Positions 47,454-57,618 of a DNA stretch of 64,000 bases are shown here, piece by piece. The position numbers were made by a program, and so were the translations under genes. Under the pieces are notes generated by a model. That model was not told the DNA's origin. It did not search any database and saw only the letters and a list, made by a program, of their open reading frames with translations. Source of the DNA: an uncultured Nitrososphaerota archaeon (GTDB lineage: Archaea > Thermoproteota > Nitrososphaeria > Conexivisphaerales > DTJL01). The stretch is taken from contig CAWJIE010000003.1 in assembly GCA_963842885.1 (NCBI GenBank), positions 320,001 through 384,000 of the forward strand. The letters run 5' to 3'. Every line of letters starts with the position of its first letter. Position 1 is the stretch's first letter.

Positions 47454-47948
47454 TTAGGCCCTGACGCCCAGCAGCTCAAGGAATCTCTTGAAGTCTGCAT
47501 CGCTGACCCAGTCGACCTTTAGGTACTTGACCAGCTCCTCGCCTTCGTAGCCTATTCTCCTCGCCTCCTTCAGGGTCGCTTGGTAGGCTTCAATCTCCGT
47601 AGCGCGGTCCACATAGTCATATCTTTCGTCGAAGAGCTCCTTTCCCTCGCGAAACTGCCTAACGTGGACCAGCTCATGGATGACGTCGAGGTAAAGGTAT
47701 CTCTCGTCGGCCGTCTCTAGGTAGGGCAGGCTGACATGGAGATCGCCGGTTTCTCCGTCGACATGCATGTAGCCGCGACGTGAGGCGAGCACGACCCTGA
47801 TTCCAGCGAGGACCTCCTTCGTGTTCCTTCCGAATATGTCCTCCACCGCATCCACCCTGTCAAAGCCGCGGAAGACTTCGGCGAACTCGTATGTCCCGAG
47901 CTCCAAGTCTCTTCTGATTTCGATTCCCAAGTCCAGGGCAGGATTCAC
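47454..47948 (-). CDS. Small HExxH metalloprotein
   Basis: DVIHELVHVRQ, downstream TEIEAY third-ligand motif. Confidence 0.8.
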   Translation of the reverse strand: MNPALDLGIEIRRDLELGTYEFAEVFRGFDRVDAVEDIFGRNTKEVLAGIRVVLASRRGYMHVDGETGDLHVSLPYLETADERYLYLDVIHELVHVRQFREGKELFDERYDYVDRATEIEAYQATLKEARRIGYEGEELVKYLKVDWVSDADFKRFLELLGVRA

Positions 47949-48710
47949 CTCGACTCCGCGTCTGTCGAGAGCACAAACTTGCTATAGATCGCTCTGAAGC
48001 CGCGCTTGAGGTAGAACCCTTCAACATGGTCCTCCGCGAAGGTCTGCAGCACGAGCGTCAGCCCCTGCTCCTCGGCCTGGCCGGAGGCATAGCTCAACAT
48101 CCCGCTGGCCACTCCTGACCTGCGGTATTCGGGCACCGTCCCGACGCAATAGGCGCCCAGCAGCCCTCCATGGCGGAAGAGCGCCATTTCACCCACGACC
48201 TCCTTCCCCCGCCTGGCCAAAACCAGGGAGGCGTCTTTGTCCTTGGCTGCTCTTCTTGCAGCAGCCTCCACCTCTGCCTCCTGGCCGCCGTCGCCGTAAA
48301 AGGACCGAAGATAGGCCGAAACCCACTCATGAACGTCGGACACGACCCGCATGATTTCGACTGACCCGCTCTCCCTGGGTACCTCCGGCCCCGCCCGCCA
48401 TTACCTCCATTGTGTCCAAGGCGACGTAACCGGCCGACTCCAATCTCGTTCTCAATCCAAGAAGACGCGGGTCATCGATCACGAAGAACGAAGGCCGGAC
48501 ACCTGCTTTCGTGAACTTGCTGAGGGCGTGTTCAAAAACCGAATCGACGTCCGACACGTCGCCCATTATAGTTGCGTGGTTGAAGAGAGGCTCAGGGAAA
48601 CTCGTCGAGGTGATGACGTAGGCGCCTTCACCAAGCCAGCTGACGTCTCCCCAGTGGGACCACCATGAGACTTCGTTGAGCTCCTGCTCTTCGATGCCGA
48701 CGCTAGTCAA
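47945..48710 (-). CDS. Two-domain GNAT acetyltransferase, +1 frameshift near 48360-48400
   Basis: N half in ORF 48327..48710; C half VGTVPEYRRSGVA...FYLKRGF in ORF 47945..48352. Confidence 0.82.
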
Positions 48711-49926
48711 AGATGTTCACGCCCAGGATGGCGCTGGCCTTTGCTATGGAGTCGTAGTACGCATCCAGCCTCTGAAGGTTGACTTCATTTGCGCCCTCCT
48801 CGACGAGCTTGGAGAACCGGGCGATGGCGTGAGGCGTGTCGAAATCGTCGTTCACGGCTTCGATGAATGACCGCAGAGCTAGGTTGGGGCCTTCCAGAAT
48901 CGGCTCGCGCGAAGAGCCTTCCTTAATCTTCTTCGCCTTGGCCTTCAACCTCCAGAACTCCTCGTCGACATGACCCAGCTTCGATTCGTCGTACTCCATG
49001 TCCTCCCTGTAATGGGAGAGCAAGAAGTACATCCTGAGCTGGCTAGGGCCGAACTTCGAAAGGGCCTCCCTCACGGTGACGATGTTCCCCTCCGACTTGG
49101 ACATCTTCTTCTTGGCGATTGTCAGCAGACCCGTGTGCATCCAGAACCTGACATAGGGCTTCAAACCCGTAAGCGATTCGGCCTCGGCTATCAGAGATTC
49201 GTGATGCGGATAGATGAGCTCCCGGGCGCCTCCATGGATGTCGTATTGGGGACCCAGCTCCGTAAGAGAAACTCCCGTGTCCTGAATGTGCCATCCAGGG
49301 CTTCCTGTCCCCCACGGGCTTTCCCAGCGCTGAACTGATGTGGGCGAAGACCTCCAAAGAGCGAAATCTGTGAGGTGCCTCTTCTTCGGGGATATCTCGA
49401 CAGGCCTGAGGGTCAACTCCTCGGCTGTAAGGTGCGAAAGTTGGCCGAACTCGGGCACGGTGGAGGTGTCCAGATAGACGTCGCCGTCGGTGACGTAAGC
49501 GTGTCCATGTCCGATGAGGCCTTCGACCTCCTTGATCATCTCCTGGATGTAGTCGGACACCTTCGGGTACTTCGTGATGCTTGTGACGTTGAGCCTTGCG
49601 GTGTCCTGGATGAAGGCGTTCGCATATCTCTGGGCGTATGCGTGCGGGCTCAGCTTTTCCCTCTCGGCGCCCTTTACGATGCTGTCGTCTATGTCTGTCA
49701 TGTTCATGATAAAGGTAACTTCGTAGCCCTGGTGAATCAAGTAACGGGCCACCGTGTCGAAGAAGATGGCCGTCCTTGCGTGGCCGACGTGCATGTAGTT
49801 CTGGACGGTGGGACCACAGACGAGCATCTTCACCCTCCTCCTGCTGAGGCTTTCGAAGGTTTCTATCCCTCCTCTGAGCGTGTCATAGATGCGCAGTCCA
49901 GCAGGCAGGCCCGAATGACGCCTCAT
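48703..49926 (-). CDS. Cysteinyl-tRNA synthetase-like protein lacking the C-terminal anticodon-binding domain
   Basis: CGPTV, HVGH, DFALW, PGWH, PHHE, KMSKS, DDFDTP; ends right after the DALR bundle. Confidence 0.88.
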   Translation of the reverse strand: MRRHSGLPAGLRIYDTLRGGIETFESLSRRRVKMLVCGPTVQNYMHVGHARTAIFFDTVARYLIHQGYEVTFIMNMTDIDDSIVKGAEREKLSPHAYAQRYANAFIQDTARLNVTSITKYPKVSDYIQEMIKEVEGLIGHGHAYVTDGDVYLDTSTVPEFGQLSHLTAEELTLRPVEISPKKRHLTDFALWRSSPTSVQRWESPWGTGSPGWHIQDTGVSLTELGPQYDIHGGARELIYPHHESLIAEAESLTGLKPYVRFWMHTGLLTIAKKKMSKSEGNIVTVREALSKFGPSQLRMYFLLSHYREDMEYDESKLGHVDEEFWRLKAKAKKIKEGSSREPILEGPNLALRSFIEAVNDDFDTPHAIARFSKLVEEGANEVNLQRLDAYYDSIAKASAILGVNIFD

Positions 49927-50024
49927 GCTAGGGTGGGCGTCGGAGGACATTAAAAGCATGCCCTATTCCTGGTCCGATGGAACGGGCCCGCTCTTTTTCT
50001 GCTGACGCGTTGCGATTCGTTCCA

Positions 50025-50126
50025 ATGCGAGTGAACTTTATCGGCATCAGGGTAACTGATTTGGAGAGGCCATTGGGATTCTGCAAGGAAGTCCTTGGTC
50101 TCACGGCCCACCTAGAACAGATATAG
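50025..50126 (+). pseudogene. VOC/glyoxalase N-terminal remnant
   Basis: MRVNFIGIRVTDLERPLGFCKEVLGL then stop at codon 34. Confidence 0.6.
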
Positions 50127-50154
50127 GGAGCCGTCCTAAGCTAGGTCGACAGAG

Positions 50155-50448
50155 ATGATCTACGAGAAGAGGCTCAACACTCTTCCGGAGCTGGCCGAAG
50201 AGCTGCGGACCTTGGATTTCGACGGAGGGATCAGAGTGCAGGGAAGGTACGGCGGGGAGCCTTGTTTCATCTTCATCACAAGATTTGGGGCCAGCTTCGC
50301 AATGGCTCTGTACTCGGGCAAGCGAGGGACTTCGGACTCGGAGGTCCCCGACCGAAGGCTGATGTTGAAGCAGTACGAGGAGATCGGGCCACTTATGAAG
50401 TTCCTCGAGGGTGAGGCGCTGGACCCCTTGGAAGCATATTCCTATTGA
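50155..50448 (+). CDS. Hypothetical protein
   Basis: 97-aa ATG ORF, globular composition, TATA-like GATATAG ~30 nt upstream. Confidence 0.65.
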   Translation: MIYEKRLNTLPELAEELRTLDFDGGIRVQGRYGGEPCFIFITRFGASFAMALYSGKRGTSDSEVPDRRLMLKQYEEIGPLMKFLEGEALDPLEAYSY

Positions 50449-50493
50449 CCTCAGGCAGACACGCTTAATAGGCGAACGAAGGAAGTTTGAGGT

Positions 50494-51012
50494 ATGAGTT
50501 TCTGCCCTTCGTGTGGCAGACCCGCCGCAGACAACGCCATCTTCTGCCCCAGCTGCGGTTACAACCTGCAGACCAAGCCCCAGGGCTCTCAACAGCCTCC
50601 GGCTTCTGCGTCGCTCCCGGTCATGGCAGGGTCTGGCGGAAGGATGTCGCGGCCTGTCGGGGTGACCGTCATCGCGGTCCTCGACGCTCTCGCGGGGTTC
50701 TTGATGCTGCTGGGGGGTGGAGCCATTCTGGGGGTTGGCAGTTTCATGGGATCCTTCGGCGGGCCGATGAGGGCGTTCCACGGACTGCTCACCGGCTTCG
50801 GTGTCCTAGTCGTGGTCGTGGGGCTGGTGACTATCTTTCTCGCATGGGGGATATGGACAGGGGCTCGTTGGGCATGGACTGCGGCGCTCCTGATTGCCAT
50901 CCTGAGCGCGGTGCTTCATTTGCTGAGTTTCAGCGTATTCGTCCTTGCTATCAATGTGATAGTCATCGTGTACCTTCTGCAGCCCAACGTCAGGCTGTAC
51001 TTCAAGCATTGA
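50494..51012 (+). CDS. Zinc-ribbon membrane protein
   Basis: FCPSCG...FCPSCG, RPVGVTVIAVL, four TM helices; GAGGT SD. Confidence 0.88.
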   Translation: MSFCPSCGRPAADNAIFCPSCGYNLQTKPQGSQQPPASASLPVMAGSGGRMSRPVGVTVIAVLDALAGFLMLLGGGAILGVGSFMGSFGGPMRAFHGLLTGFGVLVVVVGLVTIFLAWGIWTGARWAWTAALLIAILSAVLHLLSFSVFVLAINVIVIVYLLQPNVRLYFKH

Positions 51013-51373
51013 ATCGCTGGAATCCTGCCACGTTTTTGACATCTATCGTATTGGCATGAGCCATACCTAGAGTATGGATGGGTGGAAGTGAGGGCCTATC
51101 CCGTCATCCAAGCGGCCTTCATCCTGGGGAACGGCTCCACCATCAGCCAAGGCTTCCACTTCGACGATTTGACCGTGCCGGCGGGAAGGGTGACCCGTTC
51201 TAGCTGGAATGTTTCCGTTCCGCTGGCTTTGATGGGGGCTGCCAACCTGACAGCCTACCCGAGGATTAGGGGACCGATATCGGAGGCGTCACCCACCTAT
51301 CGGGTACCCCAGGGAAGGCCGCATGCTCCGAACAAGATTAAAGGACGGGAGAAGAACGTCTTAGGGACCGGCC

Positions 51374-51931
51374 ATGGTGATTGCGGGGAAGGCGGTGTAC
51401 CTTCGTGGCATCGAACGAGAGGACTTGAAGCTTATGCACAAGTGGCTCAATGACAGCGAAATCATGCAGTGGGCACGTTCCCAGCCTGACAACGTTGCGT
51501 CGATGGAGGCTGTGGAGAAGGAGTTCGAGCTTGACCTGAAGGGCGAGAACCCCCATCGGTGGACTTTCATATTGGCGCAGGTGGGGACGGAAGAGCCCAT
51601 AGGATGGGCGTCGATTCGCTGGTGGAGGCCGTTCAGCACGACCGTCGACATCGGCCTGGTAATCGCGGAGAAGGGGCTGAGGGGGAAGGGAATCGGAACT
51701 GAAGCCACGATGCTCCTCGCAGATGAGGCCTTCGACCAGCTGCACATGCACAAGGTCGAGCTGTGGACGAGGGCTGACAACACAGCGGCCAGGAAGGTCG
51801 CGGAGAACTGCGGTTTCAGGTTGGAAGGGACGGACAGAGAGGTCGTATTCTTCGATGGGAAGTACCATGACGGCGTTTCTTATGGCGTTCTCGAAGACGA
51901 GTTCAGAAAGGCAGCCGCCAAGACAGGATGA
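51374..51931 (+). CDS. GNAT acetyltransferase, RimJ/RimL family
   Basis: VYLR.IE.ED, RGKGIGTEA, N.AA......GF..EG. Confidence 0.92.
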   Translation: MVIAGKAVYLRGIEREDLKLMHKWLNDSEIMQWARSQPDNVASMEAVEKEFELDLKGENPHRWTFILAQVGTEEPIGWASIRWWRPFSTTVDIGLVIAEKGLRGKGIGTEATMLLADEAFDQLHMHKVELWTRADNTAARKVAENCGFRLEGTDREVVFFDGKYHDGVSYGVLEDEFRKAAAKTG

Positions 51932-52078
51932 AAGTTCGTACCGTGTCTGCCCCGGCCGGATTGAGGAGGTCGATGAAGTGCAGACGATGCGAGCCTTGAA
52001 AGGGTCCTTCGTGCCGTGATGAAACAACCACACAATGCTAATGTATTCCTTCGATAGTCGCATAGAGCGTGAGAACGA

Positions 52079-52453
52079 GTGGTGGACAACTGCCTGGAAT
52101 GTAGCAAGATTGGCATGACCACGGAGTGCCAGTACATGGAGTTCCCTGAAGGGATGCATCACTACTTCGACGAGAAGGTCTGCTCGTTCCACTATTGGCT
52201 CCTCTACGTGCGTCCCAGGAAAGGGTGGGAAGACTATCTCAGCTTCGAGCAAGCGGACGGAGCTGCCGCCGGATACCATGTCACCCTTCCTCCTGAGGAA
52301 GTGATAAGAACTGCCATCCGTGGGGACGTCGCGCCCGTCATCGGTTCCATTGGCGGCAAACAAGCTACTCAGACTTCTGATGGTGGTCAGGGCCAGCCCC
52401 CTAGGTCGAGCAGGGACCAGACGACAGCGCAGCCGCCTTCATCTCAATCCTGA
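52079..52453 (+). CDS. Hypothetical protein with Cys/His cluster
   Basis: CLEC...C...HH...CSFH; low-complexity tail. Confidence 0.5.
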   Translation: MVDNCLECSKIGMTTECQYMEFPEGMHHYFDEKVCSFHYWLLYVRPRKGWEDYLSFEQADGAAAGYHVTLPPEEVIRTAIRGDVAPVIGSIGGKQATQTSDGGQGQPPRSSRDQTTAQPPSSQS

Positions 52454-52536
52454 GCAATCGTGGGAAGAGAGCAGCTCACCTAGAGCTTTGAACGGATTTC
52501 TTCCTTTGTGGTTCTGATGGGGGGCCAGAGAGCACG

Positions 52537-53010
52537 TCAGGCCCCTCTGGTCCCAGACGGCAAAGCAAGGGACACATCCGGCGAGATTGCACAGATGGCT
52601 TCGAGCCGTCGGGCGGAGCTGGCAAAATAGATTAGATGAGACCCGCATCGGCAGTCGGACGATCCGAAGTGGGGCACCGAGCCGTCGGAGGTTTTCTTCA
52701 GAATCGTCGCAACTTCGCACTCGGTGCGTGAGCGCCAGACCACTACGCTAGTCGGAGTGACCTCCCGCCGCGCAGTCAAGTAGTCTATGTGCCATCTAAC
52801 CGTCTTTGTGCTTGCGACATGCCGCGCTACGCGCTTGCGGAGGTTGGCTCGGGCGGAACCGACGTAGACGTAGCAGCCCTTCCTGAAAGGCAGACAGCCC
52901 AATGATCCCACCGGAATCATCTCCTCGTGGTTGAAGACGAGAGTCAGGGCGTACACACCGCTGCCAAGAAGTTGGCTCAGTTCCTCGGAGGTCATCGGGA
53001 TGGAGGTCAA
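52537..53010 (-). CDS. GIY-YIG (Uri) nuclease, DUF123 family
   Basis: GVY, YVYVGSA, RVARH, WHIDYL, FGSSDC.C.SHL. Confidence 0.92.
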   Translation of the reverse strand: MTSIPMTSEELSQLLGSGVYALTLVFNHEEMIPVGSLGCLPFRKGCYVYVGSARANLRKRVARHVASTKTVRWHIDYLTARREVTPTSVVVWRSRTECEVATILKKTSDGSVPHFGSSDCRCGSHLIYFASSARRLEAICAISPDVSLALPSGTRGA

Positions 53011-53139
53011 AGGTGCCTGTATTGAACTCTTGTCCCTATGGGTGAAAGACGGAATAGGAATCGGCCGTCGTCAAAGCGAAGAGGTCGGACCCGTGCCATG
53101 CAAGGCGATGTAGTCTCGTTTGACTCGGAACCCCGATGT

Positions 53140-53454
53140 TCAGCCCAGGGCTTTCTTGATTTCTGCCGAAATCTCGGCATCAGTCTTTCCGTCGGTGGAG
53201 ATGCCGAGCTCGCTGGCGGCCTTGATCATCCTGACGCGCGCGTCGGAGGAAGGCTGGCTAGAAGTAGTCGACGCCGAAGCCTTGAGTTTCTGGACCTCCA
53301 GCTCGGACTCGACCTTCGCCTTCTGGAACTCGCCCTGGGCGCGTCCGAGGGACTTGGCCAAATCGGGGATCTTGCCGGCGCCGAAGATCAGAACGACTAC
53401 GATGACGATCACTATCAGCCATTCCGAACCTTGCAGCAGCATTGGTACGAACAT
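53140..53454 (-). CDS. tatA: Twin-arginine translocase TatA/E
   Basis: EW, LIFGAGKIPDLAKSLG...EF.K. Confidence 0.93.
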   Translation of the reverse strand: MFVPMLLQGSEWLIVIVIVVVLIFGAGKIPDLAKSLGRAQGEFQKAKVESELEVQKLKASASTTSSQPSSDARVRMIKAASELGISTDGKTDAEISAEIKKALG

Positions 53455-53669
53455 TCTCTACACCTTACGGTCAGAGGCGCGTGCTATTATTTACAGATAT
53501 GGATCGCAAATGTTTCAAGAGACCGATATGCAGACATCCATTATGGATTCCGACGAGGGAAGGGGATGACAAGTCCGGACTGTCTGGTAAGACAGGGAGG
53601 AGTCCCTTCTAAGCCGAATCGGTGCCCCGAATTCACGGCTCGCTTATAAGGGCCAACCGAAGGATACTT

Positions 53670-54284
53670 GTGGACCAAGCCTTGTTCTCAAGGATCAAGG
53701 TCTCCGGGGCGTTGATATTCCTGGCAACCACTCAGTTCCTCCTTGGGATGCTCTTGGCCGAGACCCTTTATCCGGGATACAGCGTCTCCGCGAACTATAT
53801 CAGCGATTTCGGAGCCACGTGCCGCGCTACTTGCACCATCGTTCAACCCTCCTCGCTGATATTCGGTTCATCCGTCTTCTTGCTCGGAGCCCTTCTGGTC
53901 CTAGGAGCCTACCTTTTCAGACAGGGGTCCGGATCGGTGCTCGTGCCCTTGCTTCTCGGAGTAACCGGCTTGGGAGCCATGGGAGTCGGCGTCTTCCCTG
54001 AAACGACAGGTGTGTTGCACGATGTCGTGTCATTGGTGGCATTTGTGGGAGGAGGGCTTGCCGCTGTTGCCTCCTTCAAGTTCTCTAGGCCCGTCCTTTG
54101 TTACTTCGCCGCAATTCTAGGAATGATGACTCTCGTGGCGCTGGTGCTGTACGCCTCCAGGATCTACTTGGGGTTAGGCGCAGGCGGCATGGAGAGGATG
54201 GTCGTGTTTCCGGTCCTCACCTGGGGGATCGGGTTCGGCGGCTATTTGACGGCAAGAACAGAAGACTCATTCGCGAAACATTGA
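53670..54284 (+). CDS. DUF998 membrane protein
   Basis: YPGYS...NYISD.G, GVGVFP, LH, GGMER. Confidence 0.88.
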   Translation: MDQALFSRIKVSGALIFLATTQFLLGMLLAETLYPGYSVSANYISDFGATCRATCTIVQPSSLIFGSSVFLLGALLVLGAYLFRQGSGSVLVPLLLGVTGLGAMGVGVFPETTGVLHDVVSLVAFVGGGLAAVASFKFSRPVLCYFAAILGMMTLVALVLYASRIYLGLGAGGMERMVVFPVLTWGIGFGGYLTARTEDSFAKH

Positions 54285-54326
54285 TTCGCGTGTGAAGCGG
54301 AATCCAGAAGGCTCCACCTTGGACGA

Positions 54327-55415
54327 CTAGACCACCAGCAGCTCCTTGTCGCACTTGCCTATCGTCTCGACTCCTTCTGTGGTGACGACCAGGTCGTCCT
54401 CAATCCGGACGCCCAGTCTTCCAGGTAGGTATATCCCAGGTTCCACTGTAAAGGTCATCCCCGGTCTCAGGACCAAGGGGCAGGAGCTGGTGATGCTTGG
54501 CTCTTCGTGGACATCGAGACCCAGCCCGTGCCCCGTGCGGTGGAGGAAGCAGTCGCCGTAGCCAGCCTTGGTTACGACGGCTCTCGCCCTTCTGTCCAGT
54601 GTGCCGGCGACGAGGCCAGGCTTGATGGCCGAGATGGCAGCGGTCTGCGCATCCAAGACGGTCCTGTAGACCTCCATCTGCATGGGCGACGCCTTCCCGA
54701 CGAAGACCGTCCTCGTGAGGTCCGCGTAATAACCGCGATATGTGGCGCTGACGTCCATCAATACGCAATCCCCGCTGCGGACCTTCGTCCCAGATGAGTC
54801 GCCATGAGGGAGAGCGGCGTTCTTCCCCGTCAGCACGGCGTTGAATGGCACCTTCTCCCCTCCCAGCTCCCGTATCTTGCGCTCAATCTCAAAACCGATC
54901 TGAAGCTCAGTCGCACCCACCTTGATGGCATCAATCCCAGCCAGGATGCCCTCTTCGACTATCTTGCCGGCCTTCTTCATGGTGGCGAGTTCCTCGGTGT
55001 CTTTGGTCACTCGCAGCTCCATCACCGCGATGGTGGTATCCTCAATGGTGGACCTGGGGATTGCCTTGGAGACGTACTGGAAGAAACGGAAGGGAAGGAA
55101 GCTCTCGACGCCCACTGTGCCGCCACCGAGACCCAGCTCGGACAGTGTCGACCTGATGAGCCTGTCCGGGCCCTCTTCGTCCGTATACGACCTCACGTCC
55201 TTGACGCTGGACTGCTCCTTTGCCTTCTCCGCCTCCAAGGAGGGGAGGATAAGGGAAGGCTCACCATCGGCGGGTACCACCATGGCCGAGAACCGCTCGA
55301 ACGATTGAATGGGGATGCCGGCAAGGTAGAGCAGGTTGGCGGTGGATGAAATGACCATGCCGGAAAGGCCCCGTCTGACGATGACCTTCTGAAGTCTTCT
55401 GGCTCTGGGCGACAA
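54327..55415 (-). CDS. Xaa-Pro peptidase (M24B)
   Basis: ALPH, YYADLTRT, HRTGHGLGL.VHE, TVEPGIY, GVRIED. Confidence 0.94.
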   Translation of the reverse strand: MSPRARRLQKVIVRRGLSGMVISSTANLLYLAGIPIQSFERFSAMVVPADGEPSLILPSLEAEKAKEQSSVKDVRSYTDEEGPDRLIRSTLSELGLGGGTVGVESFLPFRFFQYVSKAIPRSTIEDTTIAVMELRVTKDTEELATMKKAGKIVEEGILAGIDAIKVGATELQIGFEIERKIRELGGEKVPFNAVLTGKNAALPHGDSSGTKVRSGDCVLMDVSATYRGYYADLTRTVFVGKASPMQMEVYRTVLDAQTAAISAIKPGLVAGTLDRRARAVVTKAGYGDCFLHRTGHGLGLDVHEEPSITSSCPLVLRPGMTFTVEPGIYLPGRLGVRIEDDLVVTTEGVETIGKCDKELLVV

Positions 55416-55547
55416 CGGGGAGTCGGTTGTCGAAAGGCCTTATTACCTTTCCCAACGTCCTGAGGGAAGATTCGATGGGGAGGACCATGACGTCCCGTAG
55501 AACCCGTCTTGAATGGAGAAACCTGAAGGGGCTCTAGGCAAGAGGGA

Positions 55548-55913
55548 CTATGTAGGGTCCGGAAACGATTCCAGGATGCCGAAGACGTTGCCTTCGGTGT
55601 CCTGGCAATAAGAGAAGATGCCCACGCCGGGTATCTTGGTCTTCTTGGAGACCTGCTTTCCGCCTGCCGCCTTGATCTTCTTTGCGAACTCGTCATGGGA
55701 AGGGACGTTCACCGTGTTAATGGTGCTCTCCTTCTTCTCCCGCTTCATTATGGCGCCGTCGATGCCTGCTTCTTTCTTCTTCCCGGTCGTGATCAACCAG
55801 TAACCCACGGAGCCGCCCCATTTCTTGATCTTCCATCCGAAGACCTTCTCGTAGAAGGCCTTGGCCCTCTTGGGGTCCTCGGCCGCTATTTCGAAGTGGA
55901 TGACTCTTGGCAT
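55548..55913 (-). CDS. VOC/glyoxalase family protein
   Basis: HFEI, FYEKVFGW, DTEGN.FG. Confidence 0.92.
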   Translation of the reverse strand: MPRVIHFEIAAEDPKRAKAFYEKVFGWKIKKWGGSVGYWLITTGKKKEAGIDGAIMKREKKESTINTVNVPSHDEFAKKIKAAGGKQVSKKTKIPGVGIFSYCQDTEGNVFGILESFPDPT

Positions 55914-55981
55914 ACTATAGAACAGTCAACACATGCGAATCTATTAAGCGTATTTCACGAAGTTCTAGAGAAATCCCCGAG

Positions 55982-56350
55982 TCATGAGAGCTTGATCTCC
56001 AGGAAGACCCTTTTCCTGTGCCTTAGCCTTGTCGCGACCTTGTCAAGGACCATGAGCATACCATATTTCGATCTGAAGGTCTTGTTCAATTCCTCCGAAG
56101 AATCGTCTTCCGACATCGTGGCGACCCCTTCAAGGTACGGACCTAGGGGCTCCCCGCCCACCTTGCAGGGCGCCAGAGCCACATTGGGGTTGTTCCGCAG
56201 GCGCCTGACCTTGCCAGAGGTGGCCATCGTCCAAACGTAGACGCGGCTGTCCCTTTGCACAAACCACACAGGGGTGGAGACCTTGGCGCCGCTGCGTCTA
56301 TAAGTCGTCAGGCTGACGTACTTGTGACCTTCAAGTGCCGTGGAGCTCAA
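55982..56350 (-). CDS. PPOX-class (F420/flavin) split-barrel oxidoreductase
   Basis: YVSLTTYRRSG..VSTPVW, SGKVRRLRNNP. Confidence 0.9.
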   Translation of the reverse strand: MSSTALEGHKYVSLTTYRRSGAKVSTPVWFVQRDSRVYVWTMATSGKVRRLRNNPNVALAPCKVGGEPLGPYLEGVATMSEDDSSEELNKTFRSKYGMLMVLDKVATRLRHRKRVFLEIKLS

Positions 56351-56585
56351 TTTTCGCAGGCTCTTCTGTGGGGCGCTTCCCCTATATCCATTCCCCCGCC
56401 GGAGCGGAGAGCTCGGCGGCTCTTAGGGGTCACCTCGGGCTTGGGACCCTGGCTGGCCAAGAGCGACTGAATCGCTTTGAGTCCTTTTGCCTTCGCATCC
56501 TACCTTTTGGCGGGCCTTTCAGTGGACGCCCGATGGTCGGGCTGGATTAGCTTAATAAGGCCGTTATTTCTGCGGATGAAGTATA

Positions 56586-57563
56586 ATGATATTCAACAGT
56601 ATTCTGGATCTCATCGGCCACACACCAATGATTAGGGTGAACAACCTGGCCAGCAACAAAGAAGTTGAGCTTTACATCAAGCTGGAGAAGATGAATCCCG
56701 GCGGCTCCGTCAAGGACAGGATTGCCAAGTACATGATCGAAGACGCGGAGCGACGGGGCGTCCTAGTCCCAGGAAAGACGGTGATCGAGCCGACCAGTGG
56801 CAATACCGGCATAGGCCTGGCAATGGTCTGCCGTTCCAAAGGTTACGATTGCGTCCTGGTGATGCCGGAGAGCATGACCATGGAAAGGCGACAGCTGATG
56901 ATCGCTTTGGGCGCGAAGATCATCCTGACGCCCGGGGGAAAGGGGATGGACGGCGCCGAAGACTACGCTAGGAGCCTCGTCACTCGCAGAGCTGAACGAT
57001 ATTTCATGCCAGACCAGTTCGGAAACGAGGTAAACGCGCGGGCCCATTACGAAACCACGGCTGAGGAGATATGGAAGGATACGGAAGGGAGAATCTCACT
57101 GGTCGTGGCAGGACTTGGGACGGCGGGGACATCGATGGGTGTGGCCCGACGCCTTAAGGAACTCAACCCCAAGGTCAGGGTGATAGGCGTCGCACCCGAC
57201 GAGAAGACGCCAATCCAAGGCCTCAAGAACTACAACACACAGCACATCCCTGGAATCTGGAAGCCGGAGCTTCTGGACGAGGTCCGGTACATCGGCTCTA
57301 AGACTGCGGAAGAGACCGTGAGGCTTCTGGCCCTGGCTGAAGGGCTGCTGGTGGGACCGAGCTCGGGTGCGATACTGCACGTCGCCCTGAAGGAGGCTAA
57401 TGAAATGGACAGCGGCGTCGTGGTGTCGATCGCGCCCGACGGCCTCGAAAGGTATCTGACCACTCCGGTATGCGAGCCCAGTTACTGCCTGGACTGCGCT
57501 CAGAAGTACGGCATAAAGTGCTCCTACAGCGACGGTGTGCCCATATCGAAGTCTGAAGCGTAG
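56586..57563 (+). CDS. PLP-dependent cysteine synthase family protein
   Basis: IGHTP, NPGGSVKDR, TSGNTG, GTAGT, G.SSG. Confidence 0.93.
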   Translation: MIFNSILDLIGHTPMIRVNNLASNKEVELYIKLEKMNPGGSVKDRIAKYMIEDAERRGVLVPGKTVIEPTSGNTGIGLAMVCRSKGYDCVLVMPESMTMERRQLMIALGAKIILTPGGKGMDGAEDYARSLVTRRAERYFMPDQFGNEVNARAHYETTAEEIWKDTEGRISLVVAGLGTAGTSMGVARRLKELNPKVRVIGVAPDEKTPIQGLKNYNTQHIPGIWKPELLDEVRYIGSKTAEETVRLLALAEGLLVGPSSGAILHVALKEANEMDSGVVVSIAPDGLERYLTTPVCEPSYCLDCAQKYGIKCSYSDGVPISKSEA

Positions 57564-57618
57564 CAGGTTTCGCGGCCCTAGGCATGGGCTTGCCAGATGT
57601 CGTCCTTGCGATAGCTGC

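Noticed and set aside
53559-53609. Hairpin GAAGGG/CCCTTC with CTGTCT/AGACAG
   Set aside because: Single hairpin without boxes or a clear promoter; insufficient support.
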